Part shown: positions 1 to 30,597 of the stretch, piece by piece
How the letters are laid out: each line of letters begins with the position of its first letter
Position numbering within the stretch: the first letter of the stretch is position 1
Source of the DNA: Macrostomum lignano
Lineage: Eukaryota
Direction: 5' to 3'
DNA length: 60,882 bases
Assembly: GCA_002269645.1 (NCBI GenBank)
Contig: NIVC01000277.1
Coordinates: 171,592-232,473 of the forward strand
Made by a program: the position numbers and the translations under genes
Notes under the pieces: generated by a model
What the model saw: only the letters and a program-made list of their open reading frames with translations
What the model was told of the DNA's origin: nothing
The model's database searches: none

Positions 1-279
1 TTTTTCTTCAACAAGGCAGTCACGCGAGTTTGAAATCAGTCTTATTGAGAGGCTTTTTGAACCGGAAAAGTTGAGCGTCCGGGTTCTGGAGATAAGCCAT
101 GATGAAGAAGAGGTTAAATATTGATTCTGCTTGGAACAGACTGATCCTCGCAATACTCTGGTCACAGGACCCAGTTAATTCTGGTCACTTCTAGTCACCT
201 TACTGACTGTGATCGCCCTCAGATTCACTTCTGTTGCATTTTTCTACCTTAGTGAATTTGACCTCTTTCGTCACTCTTG

Positions 280-415
280 TCACTCAGGTCATTCGGGTCA
301 TTCGGGTCACTCTGATCACTCAGGGTCAATCTTGTCACTCTGGGTCAATCTTGTCACTTTGGGTCAATCTTGTCACTCTGGTCACTCTGGTCACTCTGGT
401 CACTCTGGTCACCTG
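280..415. repeat. 9-bp tandem repeat (GGTCACTCT-like), degenerate
   Basis: Repeated ggtcactct/ggtcattcg/ggtcaatct units; explains the HSG/VTL/SLW ORFs. Confidence 0.8.
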
Positions 416-429
416 ACTCTCTACCCGAA

Positions 430-960
430 TTTCTACCTGACTGTCTACCTGACTGTCTACCTGACTGTCTACCTGACTGTCTACCTGACTGTCTACCTGA
501 CTGTCTACCTGACTGTCTACCTGACTGTCTACCTGACTGTCTACCTGACTGCCTAACTGACTGTCTACCTGACTGTCTACCTGACTGTCTACCTGACCGT
601 CTACCCGACTGACTATCTAACTGTCTACCCGACTGTCTACCTGAATGTTTACCTGACTGTCTACGCAACTGTCTACCCAACTGTCTAGCCGACTGCCTAC
701 CTGACTGTCCACCTGACTATCTACCTGACTGTCTACCCGACTGCACTTTTATAAGTGCAGTTATAAAAGTGCAGTCGTGCTAGGGTTTTTTTCTACCCGA
801 CTGTCTATCTGACTGTCTACCCGACTGTCTATCTGACTGTCTACCTGACTGTCTACCCGACTGTCTACCTGATTGTGTACCTAACTGTCTACCTAACGGT
901 CAACTCAAATTTCTATCTAACTGTCTACCGTCTACCCGACTCGACTGTCTTCTACTTAAC
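430..960. repeat. 12-bp minisatellite (CTGACTGTCTAC)n
   Basis: Directly visible, near-perfect at 436-600 and degenerate afterwards; interrupted at 738-790 by an inverted repeat. Confidence 0.95.
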
Positions 961-1482
961 TATCTACCATTAGAATGCCTACTGAACTGCACGCTTGAAT
1001 ATATCTACTCAAATGTCTTCAAAATCTTTTGCGAGGTTTTTCAAAGATTCACTGTCGCCCATCAATGATGCACAGATATTCATAGTAAAACAATGTTTAG
1101 CAAACCTCAATAGCCAAGCAATGGTTGCTGTTGCAGCAGGTCCTGAAATCCCTGCCATCCCGTCCGTTTGCCCTTTTTTTCTTAAAAACATCTCAAAATA
1201 TCCCAGGTTTAATGCATTGGTACACAGGGCTGCGATGAACCAGTCAGGTGACTTATCTGAGCAGAAGTGCACGCAGATAAAGGGTCAACTTATTCGCTGT
1301 CTTAAGTCCTCAGCTGCTCAAGCTGTATCAAAGAAGTAGATCTGCAAAAATATTTACTAATTGGACCAAATCGGATGGAATTAATTAATCAATGCAGGAG
1401 AGCATGACACATTTGATTGGATTTCTGGCTGACTGGATTTGCGTGGGTAAAGAGAGTTATTACTCCAAACTAGGATTTAAAC

Positions 1483-2663
<1,181 letters not shown>

Positions 2664-3135
2664 CATAAGGCAGTTTGAAACTGCAAACCACGCACTCGGA
2701 AGATATTGAAGGTTACCAGTTGTCGAATGTTCGAAAAAAACCGATATTTCGGCCAGACTGGGCCTTCGTCAGGGTTTATTTATTCGGGTTTAAAAACAAA
2801 TATATTGGCAGTGAAGTTATTGTAACATAATTTCAATATATATATATGCGACTTTTGGGGGTGCACTGAGCAGTGTTGAGTAAAGATGTGTACGCATAAT
2901 TAGTTAAAAACGTGAGTTGAAGCACGCTGATTGGTTAAAGATTGGCAGCTTAAAGCCTTGCACAAAAAATATTAAAGATGTTAGGTGCTATAGAAAAACA
3001 GATTTAGAGCGTAGAAGTGTATGAATAAGCATCTTGAAAAGTTCAACAAATAAGTTATTTACGCCCGTAGAATTGAGAACAAATATTAAATTAAAACAGA
3101 GCACTGAGAACTTTGAGAACTGAGAAAATTGAGTC

Positions 3136-3848
3136 GCCAGGCAGGCCACTAGTTGCAGTTGGCGGCGTCTGGTCACAGATCGCCGCCTGCACAGCCCCTG
3201 GTCACAGGCGACTGGGCACTGCAGATCAGTTGAGGCTAGATTATCAGTAGTAGTAGCACTAGTAGTTGCAGTAGTAGCTCGTAGTAGTAGTAATGGAAGT
3301 AGTAGTAGTACAAGTATTAGTAGAGTAGTAGTAGAGCAGTCGTAGGCGTAGTCGTAGTAGAGACGTACTGGTAAGCAGTTATTTGAAGTAGCCAGGCAGG
3401 CCACTAGTTGCAGTTGGCGGCGTCTGGTCACAGATCGCCGCCTGCACAGCCCCTGGTCACAGGCGACTGGGCACTGCAGATCAGTTGAAGCTAGATTTTC
3501 AGTAGTAGTAGCACTAGTAGTTGCAGTAGTAGCTCGTAGTAGTAGTAATGGAAGTAGTAGTAGTACAAGTATTAGTAGAGTAGTAGTAGAGCAGTCGTAG
3601 GCGTAGTCGTAGTAGAGACGTACTGGTAAGCAGTTATTTGAAGTAGCCAGGCAGGCCACTAGTCGCAGTTGGCGGCGTCTGGTCACAGATCGCCGCCTGC
3701 ACAGCCCCTGGTCACAGGCGACTGGGCACTGCGGATCAGTTGAAGCTAGATTTTCAGTAGTAGTAGCACTAGTAGTTGCAGTAGTAGTAGTAGTGGTAGT
3801 AGAGTAGTAGTAGTACAGTCGTAGTCGTAGCCGTAGTCGTAGTAGTGT
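3136..3848. repeat. 255-bp tandem repeat, about 2.8 copies, each with a GC-rich head and an (AGT)n-rich tail
   Basis: Units start with gccaggcaggccactag at 3136, 3391 and 3646 (spacing exactly 255). Confidence 0.93.
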
Positions 3849-3914
3849 CGTGATTTCTGGCTGACTGGATTTGCGTGGGTAAAGAGAGTTATTACTCCAA
3901 ACTAGGATTTAAAC

Positions 3915-9037
<5,123 letters not shown>

Positions 9038-9209
9038 TAAGTGCTTTAGAAAGCACTTACACAACTGAAGCCTCTAACTGTCTACCCAGCTTGAGCATCA
9101 TTAGTATCTAAAAATAAATTTGAGAAGCACTGTTACGTTCTCGAAACTGCATCCCTGTGATGCGACACTTGTTCATGATAGACAATGCGAAAAGAATGAG
9201 AGACGTTAG

Positions 9210-9656
9210 GGGTAGACAATTAGGTTGACAGTGTAGCTCGTAGTAGATAGTAGGGGTAGACAGTGTGGTAGACAGTGTGGTAGAACAATGGGGTAGATAG
9301 TAGGATTGACAGTGGGGTGGACAGTGATGTACATAGTGGTGTTGACAGCATGATTGACCGTTTGACAGTGGGTAGACGGTGGGGTAGACAGTGGGTAGAC
9401 GGTGGGGTAGACAGTGGGTAGACAGTGGGGTAGACGGTGGGGTAGACAGTGGGTAGACAGTGGGGTAGACAGTGGAGTAGACAGTGGGGTAGACAGTGGG
9501 GTAGACAGTGGAGTAGACAGTGTGGTAGACAGTTGGGTAGACAGTGGGGTAGACAGTGGGGTAGACAGTGGAGTAGACAGTGGGGTAGACAGTGGGGTAG
9601 ACAGTGGAGTAGACAGTGGGGTAGACAGTGGGGTAGACAGTGGAGTAGACAGTGTG
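9210..9656. repeat. 12-bp minisatellite (GTAGACAGTGGG)n
   Basis: Directly visible; its reverse complement shares the core ACTGTCTAC with the 430-960 array. Confidence 0.92.
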
Positions 9657-10041
9657 GAAGAAAGGTGTAGGTTCGTAAAGTCTGAGAGAGTTGAAGGGTC
9701 GCGACAGCGGGTTGCTCAAAAGTTTCTCCACAAAAGATCCCACAAAAAAGCTCGGAAGGCAACGCGTTGTAAAAAAAATCGGACAGTGTTAAAAGCAGAG
9801 AAATTCTTATTTGGTTCAGCAAAAGAAAAACGTTGAAGAATAGTCAGGCTCGAGGCGCAGAGAAAAAAAACTGACGCAGTCAGCATATTAACCGCTGCGC
9901 AAGGCTCAGGGTTGATGCCATTCGAGTATGAAAACTGATTACGGAAAATTATTTTTATACCTCTTGTTCGTGACGGCGGGTCGACGGAAAAGCAATCGTT
10001 TCTAAGAAACTATTCACCCAGCGATTTCTAAGAAAAAACTG

Positions 10042-11603
10042 TTAAATGCGCCGTTTCGATGGCCGCCTTTGTCTGCCTGGCGGCTGTGGTGGCCTTCGCC
10101 GACTTTGTCGTGGCGCGGCGCTGCCCCAGGTGCCGCAGAACATCGGCACGAACGGCCGCCTTGGCCCGGTGCCGTCGACAATCAAGGAGCTGCCGCAGGA
10201 GTCGTCGTCGTTGTTGTCGAGAAAGTCGAAGTCGTTATTAAAGCCGCCGTTGTCGAGATTCCGTCGGTGAACGCGCGGCAGCGGCCCGACATCGACATCG
10301 TCGAGTTCGTCCTCGCCGTCGCTCTCACCGAAGTCGTCGTCAAGATCATCGGTTGCACCGTCGGGCTCGTGGCCGTCCGGTGGCGGCCGGTGCAGCGGCT
10401 TTGGCGGCTTCTGCTGGCGCCGACTGTGGTTGGTGGAGAAGCTCGTGGAGTCGGCAGGTCCTCCGAAACGCGACTGCCTCGAGCTCGGAGGCGGCGGCTG
10501 GACGGGCGCCGGCAGCGGCAGCGGCGGCTGGTCGCTGAAGCCGACAACCGGCAGCGGCTGCTTGCTGCTGTTGTTCCAGTTGTGCCAGTCGTCCAGACTT
10601 TTCTGGCCTCGACGGCGATTCGTGCTGCTAGCGGGGGTTTTCTGCTGCTGCTGCTGCTGCCTCCGCCGCCTCCGACGCTGGGCGGCAGTCGCCGATGATG
10701 ATTTGTTATTTTCGTTGTCCTCCGTGCTGTCGTAGCCTTGTCTTGTCTTGTTATCCTTTTGTCGCCGGTAGGCGTGGATTACCCGAATGGTTACTCTCGT
10801 TCCCATCGGGTTTTTGACCTTGATATTGTTTAGGGAGGTGCTCTGGGTGGTCGGTCCAGAGCCACTCTGATAGGGGAAGGTTTGCCCCCGAAACATAGTT
10901 TTTACACTATGTTCGAGGGCCTCTCCCCCCCCCCCGGTTCTCTCTTTGCCGGCCGGAAGGCCGCCCGCTTGGCACCTCTTGACGGTGGAGAACCGTTGCA
11001 CCAGCTGCTGTCGTAGCCTTCCTCGTATTCTTCGCCGTCGTCCTCTTCGGTGCCGTACTCTTCTGTAGGCGGCGCCGCCGCCGCTGCTGTCGCCGCCGTT
11101 CCGCCACCGCCTCGCTTGGCCGCCCCGGCGCCGCTCCCGGCACCGACAGATTTGGATTCCTCCGTGGAGTGTCCGGCGACTGCGGCCGACTTTTTCCAGC
11201 CGCTGGCCTGGCCGGCTGTCCCTCCGCCAGCGCCAGGCTGCAGCGCCTTGTTGCACAGGACGTTCCAGACCTCCTGCTGGTAGCGCCGCTTGCAGCTGTT
11301 GATCTCGGCGCGGACTGAAGCCAAGTCGATGCCGAAATCCACCGACATCAGCGGCTGGAGGGCGCGCATGCAGGGGAACGCGGCTCCGACGCCGCCAGCG
11401 GCAGTCGCTGTCGAAGATCCCGACGTCGGTTTGTTTGAAGCAGCGTCGTTGCCGCCGACTGTTGTGGGCGTTTTCGATCGGGCATTGTGCAGATTGCGGT
11501 GATAGTAGGTGGCGCTGGCGCCGCCGCCTCCGAAGCTGTTGTTGTGACCGCCGATGGGCCAGTAGCCAGGTGCGGCTCCGTGCACGCGGTGCTGGTGGTG
11601 CAT
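10042..11603 (-). CDS. Uncharacterised low-complexity protein (~520 aa if the G11 run at 10925-10935 is really G12); Gly/Ala-, acidic- and Pro-rich
   Basis: GC-rich island with two overlapping minus-strand ORFs (10902-11645 and 10042-11256) whose protein-like halves join at the G-run (...AKREPGGG|EALEHSVKTMFRGQTFPY...). First ATG at 11603; the frame is open to about 11700, where a possible acceptor (aaaag|ta, exon start 11698) would make this a terminal exon. No domain recognised. Confidence 0.6.
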
Positions 11604-11909
11604 TCCTTTGGCAATGCTGGTCACAGTTCTTGAACCAACAGGCACTGTTCTCGAATCTTCTCTGATGCTGGCTTTAGCGACAGAACGATTATTTGGTACT
11701 TTTATTTAACAAAAACTAATTAGCGTGAATTGCCAGTTTCTGATTTTTACAAAACGGAACCATTTCGTCTATGGCTCACCCTATCCATCTAAGACAAATT
11801 GGCGTCTGCAGTGCGTTAATAAAGAACTCAGCCAGCTGAGCTTGGGGACTTTAAAAATAACACTTCCAATTTTATTCTAGTATATTAGATATATATCGAA
11901 CAGGTTAAG

Positions 11910-12372
11910 AGATTATCTAAAAGTTAAGTTATTATCCAACAGGTGAAAGATTATCTAACATGTAAGAGATTGTCTAACAAGTGAGTTATTATCCAACAGG
12001 TGAAAGATTATCTAACATGTAAGAGATTGTCTAACAAGTGAGTTATTATCCAACAGGTGGTGGATTATCTAACAGGTGAGAGATTATCTGACAGGTTGAG
12101 AGAATATTTAACAGGTGGGGATTATCTAACAGGTGGGGATTATCTAACAGGTGGGGATTATCTAACAGGTGGGGATTATCCAACAGGTGAGAGGTTATCT
12201 AACAGCTGTGAGATTATCTAACAGGTGAAAGATTATCTAACATGTAAGAGATTGTCTAACAAGTGAGAGATTATCTAACAGGTTGGATATTATCTAACAG
12301 CTGGGAGATTATCTAACAGCTGGGAGATTATCTAACAGCTGGGAGATTATCGAACAGCTGGGAGATTATCTA
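11910..12372. repeat. Degenerate ~17-20-bp minisatellite (GAGATTATCTAACAGGTG-like)
   Basis: Repeated gattatctaacag units. Confidence 0.85.
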
Positions 12373-12851
12373 AAACAGTTGATGTGAATGTAATGAGACA
12401 TGTAATGAGAGCAAAAATTATATATTTTAGATGTTAAATTTGTGTATTTTAATACGGCAGAAGTTCGCATTCGTTGATAATCCTAGCATAAAATTATAGT
12501 AGTTCTTCAGCTATTGCAAAGCACACATGTAAAGCGCTAATGTGAGTAGTATATGCATGCGCAAGTTGTAACTCTAGTGAGAAAGAGAACAAAATTAATT
12601 AGAGATGAAAAAATTTTGAAATCTCAACAAACAATATTGTTATAATATAGTTATTGATAATAGTATGGCCTATTTGAAAATATTTCATATTATCAAGCAA
12701 TACTTGCTAACCTTGAATGTCTATATGTGGATGAAGTTTTGCTATTTATTTAAATGTAGTTATAATAGTACTCATAGTATTATCGAATGAGTTTCTGGCT
12801 ACTTGTGCTCAGACAGGCCTAACGTTATCGTTATAAATCATAAATCATTCA

Positions 12852-24113
<11,262 letters not shown>

Positions 24114-24642
24114 ATCCGCTGCCGCCTTTGACGGCATTTGTACAAAAAAATTGGACCTCTCGGCGAAGCCTTCTGCAGCAGAACGACTGGATTTTTGGCC
24201 TCGCCGCTGGCTTGTAAAATCTGGCTGAAGCTTCTGGAGGGGAAGCCAGCGGGATCTGGGTGCCGGGCAGCCTTTTGCTGGGGGAACATAAGCAGGAGAG
24301 CGATGCAGGGTCCAAGGTCCGGGACGGGGAAGAGGAGGGTAGCACGAAAGAGTGTAGAGAACGAATCCTTGGGAAGTCGGAGCCAGGAACAGGGATTGCT
24401 ATCGACTTGCTGGCGACCCTCCCCCCACCCCCAGACCCCCTGCGCAGAACTTGTAGGCAAAGGGTAGAGCCATGCAGCTGCTAAGGACACTGCGAACTGT
24501 TGCATAGATCTCCCTGGACAGTGGAACTGGACTGTATTTTGCTAACACACCTTAAAGTAGATTGTGGCGTTTTTGGCGCAATAATTCAGCAATTTCTGAA
24601 ACCACCGTATCACAGAGTTTAGCTCGCAGCACCAAATTCAAC

Positions 24643-25537
24643 TGTCAGTCAGTCAGTCAGTCAGTCAGTCACTCACTCAAGTCAGTCAGTCAGTCAGTCA
24701 CTCACTCACTCAAGTCAGTCAGTCAGTCACTCACTCACTCAAGTCAGTCAGTCAGTCAGTCACTCACTCACTCAAGTCAGTCAGTCAGTCAGTCACTCAC
24801 TCACTCAAGTCAGTCAGTCAGTCAGTCACTCACTCACTCAAGTCAGTCAGTCACTCACTCACTCAAGTCAGTCAGTCAGTCAGTCAGTCAGTCAGTCAGT
24901 CAGTCAGTCAGTCAGTCAGTCAGTCAGTCAGTCAGTCAGTCAGTCAGTCAGTCAGTCAGTCAGTCACTCAAGTCAGTCAGTCAGTCACTCACTCACTCAA
25001 GTCAGTCAGTCAGTCAGTCACTCACTCACTCAAGTCAGTCAGTCACTCACTCACTCAAGTCAGTCAGTCAGTCAGTCAGTCAGTCAGTCACTCACTCACT
25101 CACTCACTCAAGTCAGTCAGTCAGTCAGTCAGTCAGTCAGTCAGTCAGTCAGTCAGTCAGTCAGTCAGTCAGTCAGTCAGTCAGTCAGTCAGTCAGTCAG
25201 TCAGTCAGTCAGTCAGTCAGTCAGTCAGTCAGTCAGTCAGTCAGTCAGTCAGTCAGTCAGTCAGTCAGTCAGTCAGTCAGTCAGTCAGTCAGTCAGTCAG
25301 TCAGTCAGTCAGTCAGTCAGTCAGTCAGTCAGTCAGTCAGTCAGTCAGTCAGTCAGTCAGTCAGTCAGTCAGTCAGTCAGTCAGTCAGTCAGTCAGTCAG
25401 TCAGTCAGTCAGTCAGTCAGTCAGTCAGTCAGTCAGTCAGTCAGTCACTCACTCACTCACTCAAGTCAGTCAGTCAGTCAGTCAGTCAGTCAGTCAGTCA
25501 GTCAGTCAGTCAGTCACTCACTCAAGTCAGTCAGTCA
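24643..25537. repeat. Compound (AGTC)n/(ACTC)n microsatellite
   Basis: Directly visible, with a recurrent ACTCACTCAAGTC interruption. Confidence 0.97.
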
Positions 25538-26121
25538 AGAGATCGCTAACGTTTGTGTCCAGTCCAAGTTTTGTCAGCAGTCCTTGGCCAACGGTACCCA
25601 GTGCGTACGGTTCGCGTGCAATCCATCGGAACCGCTTGGAATGCACGGGCAGGCCTGCGATCTGCATGGAACGGAAAATGTCAGCTGAGGGAGGCCACTG
25701 CACGGATGGTCGGCCAGTTGGAGGCTGGCAAAACGCCGTTGGCTGCAGATGCAGCTGTTTTTTCCTATACCCCTACAAGATTCGTTTAGTTGCTAAGCTC
25801 TACAACTGCAATCATAAATGTCGTTTCTTGCAAGGCCGAGCTTAACGCAGAAACAAAGAAATTAGATGGGGGTACAGAGAAGTGCATGAAAAGTACACTA
25901 AGTGAGCGTTGGCAATAGAGCGCTGTGATTATTTGGCTCGCTCGTAATTGCAGCCACTGGTTAGCTGGCCTTAAAGCAGAGTACCAAGCGGACTCTGGCT
26001 ATGTAGTCTGACAGGATGACCATCACCTGAATGCAAACGTAATAGCAACAGCAGTCAATAACGCTTCGTTGTGCATGAAGTAAATAGATTGGACAGCAAG
26101 GCATGCGACTTTGGAATTGGA

Positions 26122-27992
<1,871 letters not shown>

Positions 27993-28457
27993 GAAGACAG
28001 ACGGACAATCTCGCTGCTGTATAGAGCCACACAGTTTCTAATCAACAGAAAAATACACTTTTTTCAATAAGCGCCTATGCTGCTACTTAGACGCATTTTA
28101 AATAGTAGTATCCACACGCTCTGGTTATAAAGACAGGTGTCCATTTGAAGAAAAAATTTATTCTTTGCGGAATTAAAAAACGCCAATTAATCAAGTTGGA
28201 TAATTTTGGTAATCCCTGACAGCACTGCCCCTTCATGCCCGCAGATTCATTTGTCAATGTCAGATGAATAGTCATCTGTGCGCAGAGTCAGAACTCAGCG
28301 CGGCCTCTGACCGATACAGATAAATAATTTTATTGCTAGCTTTTTCACAACATTGCTAAAACAAGAGAACTGTTGGAGAGCAATGCACGCTTTCGAAGTC
28401 GGTGACTTTGAAGCTGTATTTTTGAATAAATTGAAAAGGAGCCATCTCATATCCTTT

Positions 28458-29308
28458 GAGGAGAGACGCCATTTCATTTGAGAAGAGGCGCCATTTCATT
28501 TGAGGAGAGGCGCCATTTCAGTTGAAGAGATGCGCCATTTAATTTGAGGAGAGGTGCCATTTCATTTGAGAAGAGGCGCCATTTCAGTTGAAGAGATGCG
28601 CCATTTCATTTGAGAAGAGGCGCCATTTCAGTTGAGGAGAGGCACCATTTCATTTGAGGAGAGGCGCCATTTCATTTGAGGAGAGGCGCCATTTCATTTG
28701 AGGAGAGGCGCCTTATCATTTGAGGAGAGGCGCCATTTCATTTGAGGAGAGGCGCCATTTCAGTTAAGGAGGATGCGCCATTTCATTTGAGGAGAGACGC
28801 CATTTCATTTGAGAAGAGGCGCCATTTCATTTGAGGAGAGGCGCCATTTCAGTTGAAGAGATGCGCCATTTCAGTTGAAGAGATGCGCCATTTAATTTGA
28901 GGAGAGGTGCCATTTCATTTGAGAAGAGGCGCCATTTCAGTTGAAGAGATGCGCCATTTCATTTGAGAAGAGGCGCCATTTCAGTTGAGGAGAGGCACCA
29001 TTTCATTTGAGGAGAGGCGCCATTTCATTTGAGGAGAGGCGCCTTATCATTTGAGGAGAGGCGCCTTATCATTTGAGGAGAGGCGCCATTTCATTTGAGG
29101 AGAGGCGCCATTTCAGTTAAGGAGGATGCGCCATTTCATTTGAGGAGAGGCGCCATTTCAGTTAAGGAGGATGCGCCATTTCATTTGAGGAGAGGCGCCA
29201 TTTCATTTGAGGAGAGGCGCCATTTCATTTGAGGAGAGGCGCCATTTCAGTTAAGGAGGATGCGCCATTTCATTTGAGGAGAGGCGCCATTTCATTTGAA
29301 GGGCGCCA
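28458..29308. repeat. 22-bp minisatellite (GAGGAGAGGCGCCATTTCATTT)n
   Basis: Period 22; variant GAAGAGATGCGCCATTTCAGTT interspersed. Confidence 0.95.
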
Positions 29309-29658
29309 GTGCTGCAAGCAGATAATAAAGAGGCTCCATGCCGCAACAACACCAGATCCCTTTGTCGAGCACCTCTTGGTCGGTTCCTGCCATGGGTTGG
29401 TTGAGAGCCGTGAGGGAGGCCAATGAGCAATAAATAATTAATGGGGCATAAATGAAGCTGCAGTACTCAGTTTATCCACCGCGGGTTGGCGATCGCATAT
29501 CATGCGGTTATTTGCGATATAAAATTTATTGATTAATTTTTACAACTTAAAAACAGAGCTATGAATAAAAATTTTTATCTAAATTAAAATTAGTGCATTT
29601 TACTACAATAGCCAGAACAATAATATTTTTCTTTTTATAATTAACAACCGCGCAGTGT

Positions 29659-29895
29659 GTGTCAGACAAACTGTCAGGAGTCTAATAGGAGTTTCTATAG
29701 GGTGTCAGACAAACTGTCACGAGTCTAATAGGAGTTTCTATAGGGTGTCAGACAAACTGTCACGAGGCTAATAGGAGTTTCTATAGGGTGTCAGACAAAG
29801 TGTCAGAACTCTATTAGGAGTTTCTATAGGGTGTCAGACAAGCTGTCAGGAGTCTAATAGAAGTTTCTATAGGGTGTCAGACAAGCTGTCAGGAG
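29659..29895. repeat. 43-bp minisatellite, about 5.5 copies
   Basis: gtcagacaa starts at 29661, 29704, 29747, 29790, 29833 and 29876. Confidence 0.95.
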
Positions 29896-30259
29896 ACAGA
29901 AAGAGGTCGCAAGCACAAAAAGATAGGAAAGCATAGTACGAGCGTGGCTAATAAGGAACACATGTATGTATGGTTAAAATTGCATTATGTATTATAATTG
30001 GATAAGAATAACAAACGCTTATAAGCTTTTCATTAGTCTAATAAACTGTTTAGAAAGTGCAATTCTTATAATTCTCAATAGCACATACATCAATTTAGCA
30101 TTAGATTATAGTCGATGGCGGTAACGATGCCGCGTGACCAACATTGCTGAAGTCGACTTGGAATTTCAAATTTTCATCCAGATTCGGTGATGCAAGCTAC
30201 ATTATAGTCTTGAAAGTTCAGCCGGAAACTAATTTAATTTTAGTTTTGACAGAAGCCTT

Positions 30260-30568
30260 TAAACAGGCCCAAAACGGCTCTTAAACAGCCCCGAGACAGC
30301 CCCAAAGCAGCCCCAAAACAGCCCTAAAAACGCCCCAAAACAGCCCCAAAGCAGCCCTAAAACAGCCCGAGACAGCCCCAAAACAGCCCTAAAACAGCCC
30401 CGAGACAGCCTTAAAACAGCCCTAAAACAGCCCGAGACGGCCCCAAAACAGCCCCGAGACAGCTCCAAAGCAGCCCTAAAACAGCCGCAAAACAGCCCCA
30501 AAGCAGCCCCAAAACAGCCCCAAAAAGTCCTAAACAGCCTCAAAGCAGCCCCAAAGCAGCCCCCAAAA
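30260..30568. repeat. ~11-bp minisatellite (AAACAGCCCCA)n just 3' of the iGluR stop
   Basis: Directly visible, degenerate. Confidence 0.9.
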
Positions 30569-30597
30569 GCCCCATTTTCTGATCAAGGCTGAATCTC

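Noticed and set aside
2988-3686. 232-aa minus-strand ORF with hydrophobic stretches
   Set aside because: It is the 255-bp repeat; the Leu/Thr runs come from (AGT)n; no ATG or splice support.
29659-29895. CRISPR-like regular 43-bp spacing (also the 42-bp array at 53875-54400)
   Set aside because: Whole units repeat, there are no unique spacers or cas genes, and the context is eukaryotic.
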